The translations under genes and the position numbers were made by a program. The notes below the pieces were generated by a model. That model was not told the DNA's origin, did not search any database, and saw nothing but the letters and a program-made list of their open reading frames with translations. A stretch of 34,992 nt of DNA from a virus (Duplodnaviria; Heunggongvirae; Uroviricota; Caudoviricetes). Location of the stretch: positions 86,638-121,629 of the IMG/VR virus record IMGVR_UViG_3300028888_000071; one strand, written 5' to 3'. This document shows, piece by piece, positions 32,656-34,992 of the stretch (its first letter is position 1; each line of letters starts with the position of its first letter).

Positions 32656-33755
32656 TATTATATCCAACAGCTGACGTCACACTGAACCATTCATGCAGTT
32701 CTGGTAGTTCTGGTTATTCTCTAATTGATGATGTGACACCAGATGACAATTCAACATATATTTATCTACGATCTGGTGGTAGTGATACTTCATCATCTTC
32801 AGCTAACGCGACATCTACATTCAAAGTGAGCGGCACATCGCCATATACCAATAAAAAAGTGTATATAACTGGTGTTAGTTATCGCGTGCGTGGTTGGCGC
32901 GGTGATAACGGATCAGCGGGGGGTGTTGCTAGAATCGGTGTATCCATAAATAATGGCAATTACACAAATGGCTCAGAACATTCTTTGGCTAAATCATGGA
33001 CTAACTACTCAGCCAGTCTTAGTCCATCCGGTCTTAACACAACATACAATACATTTGATGCCGCTAACATACGCATGCAAGTGTACACAACCGCTGTTGG
33101 AAAAAGCAACAACGAAACAAGAATAACCCAAGCATATTTAACTATAACATATCTTCCATACTATAATGTTTCAGTTGGCGGTTCGCAAGGGTGTTCATCA
33201 GCAACAGCAAGTGCATCTGAAGCAAGAGAAGGCACAAACGTCACTTTCACCGCAACGGCAAGTTCAGGATACCGGTTTGACGGATGGTATTCTGATTCTA
33301 GCTACACGACTCGTGTGTCCACAAGCGCATCATATACTGCTGCCATAAATGCTGACACAGTGTTGTATGCTAAAGCCAAAAAAATCTACACTATAACAGT
33401 CCACGGTGATGACCACATGTCAGCAAGCACAGACTTGGCATCTGGAGTAGATGGCGAAGTCGCGCATCTTGTAGCAGACTACACATCGGGTATCGTCACC
33501 TTTGACGGGTGGTACACTGATGCTGCGAAAACACAGCGTGTCTATCCGTATCGAGAATGGGAATACACGATAAACGGCGCAAATCTAGAAGTGTGGGTGA
33601 AGTCAACCGTGTCATTTGGACTATATGTCAAGCTGAGCGGCACTTGGACACTTGTGAACAGACTATACCGGAAAGAGAATGGTTCATGGGTGGTGCAAGA
33701 ACGTCCCGACCAAATTTTGTCTAATGATGTCAAATATGTCAAAAAAGACACATAA
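32643..33755 (+). CDS. Fibre/receptor-binding-like protein with two InlB B-repeat-like domains
   Basis: VTFTATASSGYRFDGWY and VTFDGWY repeats; C-terminal LYVKLSGTW...LYRKENGSW motif. Confidence 0.7.
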   Translation: MATIILYPTADVTLNHSCSSGSSGYSLIDDVTPDDNSTYIYLRSGGSDTSSSSANATSTFKVSGTSPYTNKKVYITGVSYRVRGWRGDNGSAGGVARIGVSINNGNYTNGSEHSLAKSWTNYSASLSPSGLNTTYNTFDAANIRMQVYTTAVGKSNNETRITQAYLTITYLPYYNVSVGGSQGCSSATASASEAREGTNVTFTATASSGYRFDGWYSDSSYTTRVSTSASYTAAINADTVLYAKAKKIYTITVHGDDHMSASTDLASGVDGEVAHLVADYTSGIVTFDGWYTDAAKTQRVYPYREWEYTINGANLEVWVKSTVSFGLYVKLSGTWTLVNRLYRKENGSWVVQERPDQILSNDVKYVKKDT

Positions 33756-33805
33756 CCATAACACATCATTCGTTTTTATAAATACAAAAATAATATACTG
33801 TCAAC

Positions 33806-34992
33806 ATGCCAGAACCTATCATAACAATACCAATCAAATGGATTACCGACAAGAACAAACAGAACTTTTTTCCGGTAACTCATCTGAATGCTGTCAGAAA
33901 CACACAGAATGAAAATCTGACTGTTCTGCTTGGAAGAAAGCAAGACATGATAACAAGTGACAACAAACTCAGCTGGGATCTTGTGGATCATCCAGATCTT
34001 CCAACAGTGAACGACGCGACACTGACTATCCAGAAAAACGGCACAACAGTACAGACATTCACCGCAAACGCTTCATCTAACAAGACTGCTAACATAACCG
34101 TTCCGACATCTGCTGCTGATGTGAATGCTCTGCCTAGTTCTACTAAGTATGGCGCATCACTTGTCTTGAGCATAGATTCTACCACATATGTGGTGACTGC
34201 TCAACTGAAAGACCAAGATGGCAACAACCTCGGCAGTGCACAGACTGTTGACTTGCCTCTCGAAAGTGTCGTCGTCAGTGGCTCATATGACGCAGCCACA
34301 AAGAAAGTGATATTGACACTTCAGAATGGAAGCACTATAGATTTCAGTGTTGCTGACTTGATAAGTGGTCTTCAGACTGAAATAACTGTGCAGAACCCGT
34401 TGTCTGCAGATCTCATTACGGATGGCAACACGAACAAAGTCTACACGGCGACAGAAAAGACTAAACTGAGTGGCATCGCATCTGGTGCAGAAGTCAATGT
34501 CCAGTCAGACTGGAATGTGACAAGCAGCACAAGTGATGCTTTCATCAAGAACAAGCCCACAATTGGGAACGCAACCATAACGCTCCAGAAAAACGGCACG
34601 AATGTAGATTCATTCACGACAAACGCAACAAACAACAAGACTATAAACATTGCAGTGCCGACAAAGACAAGTGACTTGACGAATGACGGTGACGGCACGA
34701 ATGCATTCTTGACACAGCACCAAGACATTTCTGGAAAGCAAGACAAGATAACCTCAACGAACAAACTGAGCGCTGACCTTATCTCAGATGGAACGACGAA
34801 CAAAGCCTACACCGCAACAGAAAAAACTAAACTGAATGGCATTGCTGCTGGTGCTGAAGTGAATGTCCAGTCAGACTGGAATGTTGTAGACTCTTCAAGT
34901 GATGCTTTCATAAAGAACAAGCCGACAATTGGAAACGGCACGCTTACAATATGGCAAAACCAAACATCTAAAGGCACTTTTACGGCAAACCA
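33806..34992 (+). CDS. Tail fibre-like protein, 3'-truncated by window (absent from ORF track)
   Basis: Open frame from ATG 33806 (MPEPIITIPIKWITDKNKQNFFPVTH...) to window end; QSDWN..AFIKNKP and TLTIQKNG modules; TATAAATA at 33777-33784. Confidence 0.85.
   Translation, partial: MPEPIITIPIKWITDKNKQNFFPVTHLNAVRNTQNENLTVLLGRKQDMITSDNKLSWDLVDHPDLPTVNDATLTIQKNGTTVQTFTANASSNKTANITVPTSAADVNALPSSTKYGASLVLSIDSTTYVVTAQLKDQDGNNLGSAQTVDLPLESVVVSGSYDAATKKVILTLQNGSTIDFSVADLISGLQTEITVQNPLSADLITDGNTNKVYTATEKTKLSGIASGAEVNVQSDWNVTSSTSDAFIKNKPTIGNATITLQKNGTNVDSFTTNATNNKTINIAVPTKTSDLTNDGDGTNAFLTQHQDISGKQDKITSTNKLSADLISDGTTNKAYTATEKTKLNGIAAGAEVNVQSDWNVVDSSSDAFIKNKPTIGNGTLTIWQNQTSKGTFTAN

Noticed and set aside
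1-34992. Stop-codon reassignment (TAG to Gln as in Lak or some crAss-like phages)
   Set aside because: Long conserved genes are uninterrupted in code 11, and TAG plausibly terminates 5391..5855, 19422..19775 and 22828..23460

Overview
Segment of a large T4-related (myovirus-like) dsDNA phage genome, standard genetic code. Host is probably Bacteroidota (inference: A-rich leaders with no Shine-Dalgarno, a Bacteroides-type holin-like gene, DUF285). Core genes are scattered among accessory ORFs: primase gp61 (5'-truncated), clamp loader gp44, tail tube gp19, prohead protease gp21 fused to a 14x14-aa scaffold repeat, neck gp13, head completion gp4 and topoisomerase II large subunit. Also present are an orphan DNA methyltransferase, RimK-like ligase, DnaJ, DUF2828/TROVE-VWA protein and a 26.4-35 kb fibre/structural cluster. 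Two promoter classes are readable: T4-type late TATAAATA and an early-type WTGTAA-N18-TATATT. The main discovery candidate is a family of at least 7 dispersed genes sharing a 23-aa N-terminal leader (M-K-I-x5-F-V-x-E|R-M-K-[IF]-R-P-V-T-N-A-E) fused to mostly unrelated payloads. The leader resembles the T4 capsid-targeting sequence and ends in a gp21-type cleavage site, suggesting a modular repertoire of capsid-packaged, injected effectors. A second leader family (FETNSS, 3 copies) sits under early promoters. Functional assignments come from motif recognition only; no database searches were run.
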